This document shows, in pieces, positions 19,304-28,558 of a stretch of 64,000 nucleotides of DNA (position 1 is the first letter of the stretch; the number at the start of each line of letters is the position of its first letter). Below the pieces are notes generated by a model. It worked only from the letters and a program-made list of their open reading frames with translations. It was not told where the DNA came from and made no database searches. The position numbers and the translations under genes were made by a program. The DNA comes from Acidobacteriota bacterium. Lineage in GTDB: Bacteria > Acidobacteriota > Vicinamibacteria > Fen-336. The stretch lies in contig JACQGI010000015.1 in assembly GCA_016199625.1 (NCBI GenBank), positions 3,822-67,821 on the forward strand, read 5' to 3'.

Positions 19304-20427
19304 AGGGGCGCCGTCTCACCGCCGCGGCGATCGGCGAGGGTCGCGTAGAGAGCCTCGTGGGCCGCGGCCGCCTTCTCCCACGTGAGCTGGCTGCGGGCGA
19401 AGCCGGCGACCGCGTGGGCCTCCGCCTCGGCGATCGCACGTCGCTCCAGGCGCTCGCTCACGGCTTCCGCCAGGGCGACCCCGTCGTCGGGCGGCACCAC
19501 GCAGCCCCCGGCCCGCCGGAACCACTCGCCGCACCCGTGGCCTCCGGCGACCACGGCGCCCGTCCCCAGGAGAGCCGCCTCGAAGGGCGACAGGCCGAAG
19601 GCCTCGCCCACCGCCGGGTGGACGAGGAGGTTCGCCGACGCATACGCCGCCGCCAGGGCGTCGCCGCCCAGGACCCCGCGCCAGCACACCCGCTCGTCGA
19701 GGTCGTGAAAGCGGCGGCGAAAGGCCTCGCCGAAGGGCCCCACCAGGTCGAGTTGGACGCGGGGCAAGGCCGCCAGCAGGTCTCGCAGCCGGTCGCCCCT
19801 CTTCTGGGGGCTGTCGTTCCCCACGAAGAGGAGCCACGCTCCCGGGCGGGAAGCTCCCGGAGCACCGCCGGGGGCCTCGACGCCGTTGGGAACGACCACG
19901 GCGGAGCGCGGGAGGTCGCGCGCCTCGGCCTCGCTCACCGCGACGACCGCCGCCGCGCCGTGGAGGAGGCGGCGCCCCGCGCAGAGATCGAGGATGCGCT
20001 TGGCCACACGATGCCGGCCGTGGTCCGGGAACGTCCCGTGGGTGGTCAGGACGTAGGGGATGCGCGCCCGCCGCATCACGGCCCCTGCCGTCAGCGCGAA
20101 CCCGCTCCTGTGGCCGTGGACGTGGGCCACGTCGGCGGTCCTCGCCTCGTGGCGCAGCAGGGCGGCCAGCCGAGGGGCCCACGGCACGAGCCAGCGCACG
20201 AGGGCGCGCGGCGAGTCGAGCCTCAGCACGCGCACGCCGCCCAGACGCTCCTCGTCCGGCTGGCGGCCGTCCACGCGCGCCGTGACCACCGTGACCTCGT
20301 GACCTCCCCGGGCCAGGGCGCGGCACAAGCCGGCTGGTGCCCGCGCCATGCCGCCGAAGGCCCAGTCGGGCTCGTAGAACGGCGTCACGTGGACCAGCCG
20401 CAAGGCTCGCCTCACGGGCGCGCTCAC
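19300..20427 (-). CDS. Glycosyltransferase family 4
   Basis: HVTPFYEP..FGG, GHEVTVVT, HVHG, VPNGV, EAFGLSPFEA; GTGA overlaps at both ends. Confidence 0.9.
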   Translation of the reverse strand: MSAPVRRALRLVHVTPFYEPDWAFGGMARAPAGLCRALARGGHEVTVVTARVDGRQPDEERLGGVRVLRLDSPRALVRWLVPWAPRLAALLRHEARTADVAHVHGHRSGFALTAGAVMRRARIPYVLTTHGTFPDHGRHRVAKRILDLCAGRRLLHGAAAVVAVSEAEARDLPRSAVVVPNGVEAPGGAPGASRPGAWLLFVGNDSPQKRGDRLRDLLAALPRVQLDLVGPFGEAFRRRFHDLDERVCWRGVLGGDALAAAYASANLLVHPAVGEAFGLSPFEAALLGTGAVVAGGHGCGEWFRRAGGCVVPPDDGVALAEAVSERLERRAIAEAEAHAVAGFARSQLTWEKAAAAHEALYATLADRRGGETAPL

Positions 20428-21815
20428 CGGGGGCCGGCGGGACCGCCTTCGATCCCCAGGGCGCGCATGCGGCGCGAGAGCGTCGAGGCGCCGATGCCGA
20501 GCTTCTCGGCCGCACGCCCCCGGTCGCCGCCGGCCTCGCGGAGCGCCCGGCGGAGGGCTTCTCCCTCCGCCGCCTCGGCTGCCCTCCGGGTCACCTCGGC
20601 GAGGGTGCCGGACAGGTCCAGGACGTCCGCCAGGGTCGGTCCGTCCTCGCGGGCGCCTCCGAGGCGGAGGTGCTCCGGGAGGATCCGGTCGCCGTCGCAC
20701 AGGATCACCGCACGCTCGATGCAGTTCTGGAGCTCCCGGACGTTGCCGGGCCACGAGTGGTCGAGGAGCGCCCGGCGGGCCTCCTCGGACAGCTCGAGCC
20801 CCCGCCGACCGACGTCCGACGCGAACCGCTGCAGGGACGCCTCGGCGAGGAGGGGGATGTCGCCGCGGCGCCGGCGCAGCGGCGGGATCGTCACCGGGAA
20901 GACGGAGAGGCGGAAGAACAGGTCGTCGCGGAACTCCTTCCGTGCCACCGCCTCCTTGAGATCGCGGTTCGTGGCCGCGACGACGCGGAGGTCCACGGTG
21001 AGCGTCTGGACCCCGCCGACGCGCTCGAACTGCCTCTCTTGCACGAGGCGGAGGATCTTGGCCTGCAGGGAGAGCGGCAGGTCGCCGATCTCGTCGAGGA
21101 AGAGCGTGCCTCGGTGCGCCAGCTCCGCGCGGCCGGCCTTCCGGGCGTGGGCGCCGGTGAAGGCCCCCTTCTCGTGGCCGAACAGCTCGTTCTCGAGCAG
21201 GGCCTCGGGAATCGCGGCGCAGTTGATGGCCACGAAGGGCCCCTTGGAGCGCGCCGAGAGCTGGTGGAGCGTGCGCGCCATGAGCTCCTTGCCCGTGCCG
21301 CTCTCGCCGAGGATGAGCACGGTGGCATCCGTGGCCGCGGCGCGCTGGATGGCGAGCAACGCCTCCTTGAACGCGGGATCCTCCCCGAGGACCCTCGGCA
21401 GGCCGAACCTCCGCTGCTGCTCCTCCTTGAGCAGGACGTACTCCGTGAAGAGCCGGCGCCGCTCGACGGCCCTGTCGAGGAGAAGGAGGAGGTGGTCGGT
21501 GTCGACGGGCTTCGTCAGGAAGTCCGCGGCGCCCTCCTTCATGGCCCGGACGGCCTCGTCCACGGTCCCGTACGCCGTCATGACGAGCACCGAGGCCTGG
21601 GGGTCGGCCTCGCGAGCGGCCTGCAGGACGTCGAAGCCGCTCCCCGCCGGCAGGCGAAGGTCGGTGAGGACCACGAGGTAGCGCGAGCCCTGCAGCCGCC
21701 GCCGCGCCTCGTAGGCGTCCGCCGCCTCCTCTACGGCGTAGCCCCGCGACTCCATCGTCGCGCGCAGCATGGCCCGAAGCGAGTCCTTGTCCTCGACGAC
21801 CAGGATGTCGGCCAC
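20424..21815 (-). CDS. Sigma-54-dependent response regulator (NtrC/AtoC family)
   Basis: Receiver ILVVED..TDLRLP; GESGTGKE; ELFGHEKGAFTGA; LFLDEIG; WPGNVREL; C-terminal Fis-type HTH. Confidence 0.95.
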   Translation of the reverse strand: MADILVVEDKDSLRAMLRATMESRGYAVEEAADAYEARRRLQGSRYLVVLTDLRLPAGSGFDVLQAAREADPQASVLVMTAYGTVDEAVRAMKEGAADFLTKPVDTDHLLLLLDRAVERRRLFTEYVLLKEEQQRRFGLPRVLGEDPAFKEALLAIQRAAATDATVLILGESGTGKELMARTLHQLSARSKGPFVAINCAAIPEALLENELFGHEKGAFTGAHARKAGRAELAHRGTLFLDEIGDLPLSLQAKILRLVQERQFERVGGVQTLTVDLRVVAATNRDLKEAVARKEFRDDLFFRLSVFPVTIPPLRRRRGDIPLLAEASLQRFASDVGRRGLELSEEARRALLDHSWPGNVRELQNCIERAVILCDGDRILPEHLRLGGAREDGPTLADVLDLSGTLAEVTRRAAEAAEGEALRRALREAGGDRGRAAEKLGIGASTLSRRMRALGIEGGPAGPR

Positions 21816-21846
21816 GGTCGGAGCGGGGAGACGCGCGCGAGGGCCC

Positions 21847-22500
21847 TCAGGGCTCTCGAAGCCAGCCGGGTGGGATGCCCTTCCTCCGGGCGTCCTCCTC
21901 GAGCTCCTCGAGCTCACCCCGGGCCTTCGCGACGGCCTCGCGGGCCTTGGCGAGGTCTTCCTCGAGAGCCTTCCGCTGGGTGTCGGCCGTGAGAAGGTGG
22001 TAGGGGTCCTGCTGCAAGGCGTCGCCGGGGGCGGGAGGACTCAAGGGCGAGCGCAGGCTCCGGATCTTCGCCTCGACCTCGGCCACCTTCGCTTCGGCCT
22101 CGCGGAGGGCCTGGCGCCGGCGGCCGACCGCCGACCGCCAGTAGTCCTCGGCATCCGGCAGCCCGGCGGACGGCGCCGCTCCCTGGGAGCCGGGGACCTC
22201 GCCCTCGGACGCCGCCTCCCCGGGCGGGCGATCGGCATCGGAGGCACGCCCCTCCTCCGCAGCCGGAGGGGCGGTGGACCGCGCCGGAGGCCGCACAGGC
22301 CGTGGCTTGCCCCTGGCCGGGGCTGGAGCGGGTCCCTCCTTCTTCTCCCCGGCCTGCTCGAGGTCCTCGTCGGTGTAGGTCTTGGCCGCCGGATCTTTCT
22401 TCTTCTGGCGCTCCTTCTCGGCGATCTCGGCGAGGCTCTGGGCCGAGGCCGAGGGCGGCCCCGGGACCGCCAGGACGAGGAACAGGGCGAGGACCCGCAT
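21847..22500 (-). CDS. Exported coiled-coil hypothetical protein (YTDEDL...PGWLR family)
   Basis: Signal peptide ending ASA-QSLAEIA, YTDEDL motif, coiled coil, C-terminal ARRKGIPPGWLREP. Confidence 0.8.
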   Translation of the reverse strand: MRVLALFLVLAVPGPPSASAQSLAEIAEKERQKKKDPAAKTYTDEDLEQAGEKKEGPAPAPARGKPRPVRPPARSTAPPAAEEGRASDADRPPGEAASEGEVPGSQGAAPSAGLPDAEDYWRSAVGRRRQALREAEAKVAEVEAKIRSLRSPLSPPAPGDALQQDPYHLLTADTQRKALEEDLAKAREAVAKARGELEELEEDARRKGIPPGWLREP

Positions 22501-22512
22501 CGAAGTCGAACC

Positions 22513-23616
22513 TCAGGAGGCCGAGGAGCGCTGCTCCTCGAGCGCCGCCGCGCGATCCACCAGCCTCTTGGAATCCGGCGCGTTCGGCGCGAGGCGGGCG
22601 TACTCGCGGTATTCCCGGGCCGCCTCCGCCAGCCGTCCGACCCGCTCGAGGAAGCTCGCCAGGTCGCGGTGGAGCCCGGGGACCTCCGGCTTGCGCTGGA
22701 TGCCGGCCCGGATCAGGCCGATGGCCTCGTCGTGGCGGCCGTTGCGGACCAACAGCTCACCGAGCTGGCCGCGGCTGGCGGCGTTGTCCGGGTCCCGGTC
22801 GAGGACCCGCCGGTACGTCTCGAGGGCGGCGTCACGCTCTCCGGCGTTCGCGAGTGAGCCCGCCAGCTCCGAGAGGATCACGGGGCTCCCCGAGACCTCG
22901 GCGGCGCGCGCGAGGAACGGCGCGGCACCCCTGTAGTTGCCCGCGTGGAAGTGGAGCCCCGCCAGCTCACGGAGAGCTTCCACGTGGTCGGGAGCCAGGG
23001 AGAGAGCGGCCTCGTAGCGGCTCACCGCCTCGAGCCGCCGGTTCGTCCGGGCGAGGGCCCGGGCCGCCTGGAGCTGGTACCCGATCTCTCCGCGCGAGAG
23101 GTCGGCGGCCTGGACGTAGTGGCTGACGCCCTCCTCGATCGAGCCGGTCGTCCAGAGGGCGTGTGCGTAGTAGTAGTGGACCGTGCCGTCGAGCGGGGCT
23201 TCGTCGAGCGCAATGCTCAACTCTTTCAGAGCCCCGGCGAAATCCCCGCGATCCATCATCCCGATCGCGTCAGCCAGGCGATCGCGGCCCGGCTTGCGAA
23301 CCTCGAGCGACGGAGGCGGCATCTGCGCGAGGGTCGAGGGACCGGCGAAGATGGCCGGGTCGGGCCGTTCGGGGGGCTTCTCGGCCCAACGGGACGCGAA
23401 GACGGCGCCGGCTCCGAGGAAGCCGAGAACGGCCAGGGTGGCGAGCCACGAGCCGAGCCCGGGGCCCTCGACCGCCGGAGCTTCCGGAGCGACGGCGGCT
23501 TCCCCGCTGTCGACCTCCACGCCCTGGAGCGACTCGCCGCACCGGACGCAGAACTCCCACTTGGCCTTGTTCCGGGCCTGGCAGGCGGGGCAGATCCGGA
23601 CGTCGCCGGCTCTCAT
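22513..23616 (-). CDS. Zinc-ribbon / TM / TPR protein
   Basis: CPAC..CVRC at the N-terminus, one TM helix, several TPR repeats. Confidence 0.85.
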   Translation of the reverse strand: MRAGDVRICPACQARNKAKWEFCVRCGESLQGVEVDSGEAAVAPEAPAVEGPGLGSWLATLAVLGFLGAGAVFASRWAEKPPERPDPAIFAGPSTLAQMPPPSLEVRKPGRDRLADAIGMMDRGDFAGALKELSIALDEAPLDGTVHYYYAHALWTTGSIEEGVSHYVQAADLSRGEIGYQLQAARALARTNRRLEAVSRYEAALSLAPDHVEALRELAGLHFHAGNYRGAAPFLARAAEVSGSPVILSELAGSLANAGERDAALETYRRVLDRDPDNAASRGQLGELLVRNGRHDEAIGLIRAGIQRKPEVPGLHRDLASFLERVGRLAEAAREYREYARLAPNAPDSKRLVDRAAALEEQRSSAS

Positions 23617-23687
23617 GGCACCTTCAAGTGTACCACCGTGTCAAGGGCGCCTGAAGCTCTTTCTGAGGTGTCGCGCCTCAACAGCGC

Positions 23688-23718
23688 GCCCCCACCCCGT
23701 GTTGGCGGGGTGGGGGGC
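23688..23718 (-). terminator. Stem-loop downstream of pilY1
   Basis: GCCCCCACCCCG-tgttgg-CGGGGTGGGGGGC inverted repeat shortly after the stop codon; weak U-tract. Confidence 0.6.
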
Positions 23719-23734
23719 TCCGTTTTCCAGCGGA

Positions 23735-26700
23735 TCAGAAGTTGCGGCAGACCGGGCTTCCCGTGGCGATCTTCGTCGGCACCACGTTCGGTGGCGGCGG
23801 AGGGCCCGGAGGCGGCGTCGGAGGCGGGCCCGGGAACGACACGCCGGCTCCCCCGCCTGCAGGCGGCGGGCCGGATCGGCTGCCGCTCAGGCTGACGGTC
23901 ACGCTGCCGCCCGTCGTCGAGACCCCGCCGGCCTTCTGGCCCTGGATGACGTACGAGAGGTCCGCGACGCCGTCGCCGCTGAAGTCGTAGCCCGCGGAAT
24001 AGCCGCCGGCCGCCCCTGGGTCGGAGATCACGCCGAAGAGGATCGTGTCGAAGCTGCTCAGGCAGTCCGCCCCGGCAGGGACGAAGCGGCTTCCGACGTA
24101 GAGGACGAGGCCCTCTCCCGCGCTGGTGTACCCCGTGGCCGGCCTCGCGACGTTGCGGAAATCGGAGGGAGGGCCGGTCGGGTAGTCGATCGTGAACAGC
24201 TGGACCCCCGCGACACCGCCGTCGTCGCGATAGCCGTACATCCGGAACGGGGGGTTCAGGCCGTCGGGGACGCGGGTGTCGTTGCCGGACCCGAAGAACA
24301 CGTGGGGCTTGTCGCCCAGCTTGAGCAGCGCCGGCCCGTCGGCGATGGGCTGTGTTGGCCCCACGTCCGCGAAGAGGGCGCCGCTCGTCGTGCTGAAAGC
24401 CCACACGCGGCCGTGGAGGTCCGGGATGAAGACGCGCGTGACCTGCCGGATCGTGGACCGCAGCGTCACTCCGGGCGGATCCAGGGAGAACGGGTTGTAG
24501 GCCGCGGGGCCCGCGACCAGGGCGTTCTCGGGCACGAAGGTCCTCGTGCCGTCGCCGACGTCCTGGGCCAGGAGGGCGTCGCCGGTGATGGCGTCGAGCA
24601 TGTAGAACGTCGCGCCTTCACCCGGCAGGTCGCCGTAGCCGGAGCCCGTGAACACGCGCCAGGCGTCGGACTTGCCCGACACGTCCCCGACCGCGGGGAC
24701 CGACCAGGTCTCGCCCATCCGGGCGAACTCCGCCGGCTGGGCCGCGTCCGGGTTGCCTCGGCTCCACATGACCCACGGCGGGTTCGTGTCCAGGGCGGCG
24801 TGGGTGTAGGGGCCCGGCGAGGTCACGTCGAGGGCGGTGTAGAACTTGCCGCCCTTCCCGCGCCCGAAGACGAGCATCCGCCGCCACCGGCCCGTGAACG
24901 AGAACGGGGACGCGCCGAAGGAGTACCCGTCGACGTCGGGCACGAACACCTCCGCGAAGCGGAGCGACGAGGCGACCATGTAGACGTGCGGGTCCCGGAG
25001 CTGGCCCGGGTTGATCATGTCCTGGATCTTGCCGAGCTGGTCGTAGGGGACGAAAGACCACAGCTCTTCGCTGGTCAGGGCCTGGAACGCGTGGACCCCG
25101 TCGTTGGCCGCCTGGTAGACCACGGTCATCACGGGCTTCAGCTCGAGGTTCGTCCGCGCCTGGGCGACCGGGTCGTCCTTGTCGGGGTTGGCGAGCCCGA
25201 ACCCGAGGTGGTTCTCTGCGATGCCGAGCCCCTCGGTATCGCGCCGGCCGTCGCGGTACAGGACGTACTCCGGCACGTGGCCCGATGGGTCCTCGCCCAG
25301 CGGCGGCCCGATGACCGCCGGCGTCGTGAACGTCGAGTCGAGGAGCAGCCAGCCGCGGTCCCGGTAGAGGATCGGGAGCCCGGGGACGTCCAGGGCGCGG
25401 ACCGGCTTCCCGTCGCCGGAGCGGTTGTCCACTCGCGCCCCGGCGATCCAGGCCAGGAGGATCTGCCGCGCCTCCTTCCGAGCCGCGTCCAGGGCCAGGG
25501 TGGGGTTGGCCACGGCGTCGCACTCGGGCGGCAGGGGCGTGGCCGGAACGGCCGCCCCGGTGTCCGGATCGGTGAAGGGTCCCGCGGAGGTGCAGGCGAG
25601 GAGCTGCGTCTGCAGGTCCGTGAAGCTCAGGACGGGGTTGGACCCCGGCCCGATCCCCAGGGCGTCGTCGAGGGGACCGACGGTCCCGATGGGCGGGTCG
25701 ATCTCGGCGATCCCGGAGTCGAGCCCCGTCTGGTTCGGCGGCCAGAGGGCGACGACGTTCCGCCCCTGCGGGGACGAGGCGTCGAACTGGACGTCGGGGG
25801 ACCCGCTCCTCGCGAAGGTCCCGTTGCCGTTCGACGTGAAGGCGCGCCGCTTGATGAGGGCGCCGTTCGCGGTCGGGTCCTCGTTCTGGATGCCATCCAC
25901 GGTGGCCCCGTTGTGCAGCTCGAAGAAGGTGAACTGGTTCACCTGGCGGCCCGAGCCGCGCACGTTCTCCTCGAGGACCGACGAGACCTGCTCGAACAGC
26001 GTCTCGGCCGCGTCCCAGTTGCCCGAGAAGTTGACGTTGGGGACGGGCTGGAGCGTGCCGTCGTTGAGGAACGCGAAGAGGTGGCCCTGCCAGCCGGGCA
26101 GGCCGAAGGTGCTCTGGTAGATGATGTTCACCCTCTGGTTGTAGCGCGTCGTCGGATCGAGGGGATCCTCCAGCTCGGGCGTCACCGCCAGGTCCTGGAT
26201 CAGCTCGAACACCGAGCCGACTACCTGGTTGGCGGCGGAGAAGGCGCCCGTGGAGATGGCGGTGTCGAGGACCGCCTGGAGGGCGGCGATCAGCTCGTCG
26301 GCGTTCGCCGCGGGGATGGCGTCCCGGGCCCCGCCCGATCCCGCCCGGGCGATCAGGTCGAGGGTGCCGGTGTTGATCGAGAGGCCGATGACGAAGGTGT
26401 AGACCGAGGGGTTGCCGTTCGTCGGGTTGAAGAGGCGGTCCGCGGCCGCCTCGGCGTTCCCGCCGCACGTCTCGACGCCGTCCGTGAGCAGGACGACGAA
26501 GTTCTGCTGCCCGGGGATGGTGCTGGGGAACACCGCCGCGAAGTTGTTGTAGACGTAGTCGAGGCTCGCCCCGAGCGGAGTCGAGCCCGCGGAGAGCACG
26601 CCCAGGACCGTGTTGGGGTCGAGGCCGGCCGTCGTGGCGGGGTTGGTGTTCGCGAGGGTCGGATAGGGCGCCGCCGACGTGGACGTGACGGGGGTGATCC

Positions 26701-27751
26701 CGCAGGGAATGCCCACGGGGTTGCCGCAGCTCCCGTCGATCGGCAGCTCGTCCTTGAAGCGCGACAGGATCGCCGGCGTGTTGTCGGCGGCGCAGGAGGC
26801 CACGCTCGCGAGCAACCGCGCGCCGGTGCAGTTGGAGACCGAGCTGTTCCAGGTCCCCGAGGTGTACCAGAACGTCGTGACGCTGCCGGCGCTGTCCTCG
26901 TGCTGCATGCACGGGCGCGCGATGTCGGAGAAGCCGTCGGGGTCCCCGACGCCGTCACCGTCGGCGTCGGGCAGGTTCTTGTCCGGGTCGTCCGGGAACA
27001 GCGCGGCCGGCGGCAGCGGGCAACCCGCCGCGCCGGACACGGGGTCGGAGGCGCTGGTCGTGCCCAGCAGGACGGTGTCGCTCACGAACCCGCTGCTCAG
27101 CGGCGGGGGATTCGTCGTCGTGTTCCAGCGGAAGCGCACGTTGTTCCGGAGGAAGCGCGACCGCAGGACGCGGCGGCAGGGCTCGGCGGTGCAGGCGCCG
27201 CCGGCCGTGTCCTGCGTGAGGATCCGGTTGATGCTCTGCAGGCTCTCGTACACGTCCGCGCCGTTCGCGCCGTCGTAGTTGCTCGCCGTGGTGGAGCGCG
27301 TCGTGCGGAAGAAGTCCGGGGCGGCGCCGCCGGTCCACGTGTCGCCGCCCACCTGGTTCGTGACGTACGTGAGGACGCCGGAGCGGCCGTCGAAGGTCGA
27401 GTTCGGAAGGAACTTGTCGTCGTTCTCGGCGAAGTAGCTCCCGAGGCCGAAGTTCACCCGGGCCTTGTTGGCGGACACCACGGTGTTCAGGGCCTTCTTG
27501 GCCTGGTGCATCTTGCCGCTGAAGTCGTCGCCGCCGAGAGGGAGGATGTTGGAGCCCGGCTCCATCATCGAGCCCGACGTGTCGAGGATGATGAACACGT
27601 TGGGCTTGATCTGCAGCTTCAGGATCTCCAGCGGGTCGATGCCGCCGGGGGCGGCCGTCAAGGCCCCCCGGTCCCCCGAGAGGACGAGGACGAGCGCGGC
27701 GGCGAGGCCGGCGAACCCGCCCCGCAGGAGGACCCGTCTTCCGAGGCTCAT
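23735..27751 (-). CDS. pilY1: PilY1/PilC-like type IV pilus tip adhesin (vWA domain plus beta-propeller)
   Basis: MIDAS ILDTSGSM, STPLG, LLTDG; propeller motifs VYQAANDGVHAF..ELWSFVP, ALDVT, GETWSVP, DLHGRVW; follows the pilX-like gene. Confidence 0.88.
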   Translation of the reverse strand: MSLGRRVLLRGGFAGLAAALVLVLSGDRGALTAAPGGIDPLEILKLQIKPNVFIILDTSGSMMEPGSNILPLGGDDFSGKMHQAKKALNTVVSANKARVNFGLGSYFAENDDKFLPNSTFDGRSGVLTYVTNQVGGDTWTGGAAPDFFRTTRSTTASNYDGANGADVYESLQSINRILTQDTAGGACTAEPCRRVLRSRFLRNNVRFRWNTTTNPPPLSSGFVSDTVLLGTTSASDPVSGAAGCPLPPAALFPDDPDKNLPDADGDGVGDPDGFSDIARPCMQHEDSAGSVTTFWYTSGTWNSSVSNCTGARLLASVASCAADNTPAILSRFKDELPIDGSCGNPVGIPCGITPVTSTSAAPYPTLANTNPATTAGLDPNTVLGVLSAGSTPLGASLDYVYNNFAAVFPSTIPGQQNFVVLLTDGVETCGGNAEAAADRLFNPTNGNPSVYTFVIGLSINTGTLDLIARAGSGGARDAIPAANADELIAALQAVLDTAISTGAFSAANQVVGSVFELIQDLAVTPELEDPLDPTTRYNQRVNIIYQSTFGLPGWQGHLFAFLNDGTLQPVPNVNFSGNWDAAETLFEQVSSVLEENVRGSGRQVNQFTFFELHNGATVDGIQNEDPTANGALIKRRAFTSNGNGTFARSGSPDVQFDASSPQGRNVVALWPPNQTGLDSGIAEIDPPIGTVGPLDDALGIGPGSNPVLSFTDLQTQLLACTSAGPFTDPDTGAAVPATPLPPECDAVANPTLALDAARKEARQILLAWIAGARVDNRSGDGKPVRALDVPGLPILYRDRGWLLLDSTFTTPAVIGPPLGEDPSGHVPEYVLYRDGRRDTEGLGIAENHLGFGLANPDKDDPVAQARTNLELKPVMTVVYQAANDGVHAFQALTSEELWSFVPYDQLGKIQDMINPGQLRDPHVYMVASSLRFAEVFVPDVDGYSFGASPFSFTGRWRRMLVFGRGKGGKFYTALDVTSPGPYTHAALDTNPPWVMWSRGNPDAAQPAEFARMGETWSVPAVGDVSGKSDAWRVFTGSGYGDLPGEGATFYMLDAITGDALLAQDVGDGTRTFVPENALVAGPAAYNPFSLDPPGVTLRSTIRQVTRVFIPDLHGRVWAFSTTSGALFADVGPTQPIADGPALLKLGDKPHVFFGSGNDTRVPDGLNPPFRMYGYRDDGGVAGVQLFTIDYPTGPPSDFRNVARPATGYTSAGEGLVLYVGSRFVPAGADCLSSFDTILFGVISDPGAAGGYSAGYDFSGDGVADLSYVIQGQKAGGVSTTGGSVTVSLSGSRSGPPPAGGGAGVSFPGPPPTPPPGPPPPPNVVPTKIATGSPVCRNF

Positions 27752-27815
27752 GGTCGTGCGACTCCCTTCACGAGTGCGCGCCGGGAACGTGATGCGCATG
27801 ACTCTTCCTCTCCGC

Positions 27816-28550
27816 TCAGTTGTTGGTCACGGTGCAGCGCCAGTTGCCCGAGCCCTCCGACCCCCCGCTCTCCTGCCCCCCCTGGTCGCACTTGTTGGAG
27901 TTGAGGGCCATCTTGGCCTCGAGGATGCGCACGGCCCGGTTGCGGTGATAGGTCTGCTCGAAGGCGCCGCCCCAGGCCGCAGTCACCAGCGGAGCCGTTC
28001 CCTCGACGGTCATGACGAGCGCTTCGTTCGACGGGTCGTCCACGGGGTTCCCGGCCGCGTCGAACATCGTGTCGCGGCGGATCCAGATCGTGAAGTTCCC
28101 CGAGACGCTCGTCCCGTGGAACGTGCTCACGTTCTGGAACGGGTAGGCGAAGTTGAACGAGTCGAAGACGACGCCGTAGCCCTGCTTTCCAATGGTGTCG
28201 CAGGTCTCGTTCTCCCAGCTCCGGGTGGGCTCGTCCAACAGTCCGTTGCGGGTCCCCAGACCAGGGACGGGAACGCCGGGCCGCTGCGGCGGAGGGCCCG
28301 CCGGGATCGGGTTCCGGGGTGTTGGCAGGAGCGCCTCCCACGACGTGAACGAGCGCAACTGCCCCTTTCCGACCTCGAGGCCCGCCTCGGCGATGTACTG
28401 GGCCTGCTGGCCCAAGCGGTAGTTGCTGGAGATCTGCAGCTCCGTGGTCGTCGTGACCGAGAGCGTGATGCCGAGGAACGTCAGGAGCAGCAACGCCAGC
28501 ATGGCCAGGATCAGGGCGAAACCGGCTTCCGGCCGTCGGTCATCGGTCAT
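27816..28550 (-). CDS. pilX: PilX-like minor pilin
   Basis: G|FALIL prepilin motif lacking Glu5; ISSNYR..QAQYIAEAGL. Confidence 0.85.
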   Translation of the reverse strand: MTDDRRPEAGFALILAMLALLLLTFLGITLSVTTTTELQISSNYRLGQQAQYIAEAGLEVGKGQLRSFTSWEALLPTPRNPIPAGPPPQRPGVPVPGLGTRNGLLDEPTRSWENETCDTIGKQGYGVVFDSFNFAYPFQNVSTFHGTSVSGNFTIWIRRDTMFDAAGNPVDDPSNEALVMTVEGTAPLVTAAWGGAFEQTYHRNRAVRILEAKMALNSNKCDQGGQESGGSEGSGNWRCTVTNN

Positions 28551-28558
28551 GAACCACC

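Noticed and set aside
23183-27904. 1573-aa plus-strand ORF antisense to pilY1, and similar long ORFs (4602-7286, 7153-10077, 31998-35729, 37553-41476, 41355-44216)
   Set aside because: Shadow frames typical of high-GC DNA: Arg/Gly/Pro-rich, no motifs, and fully overlapping well-supported genes.
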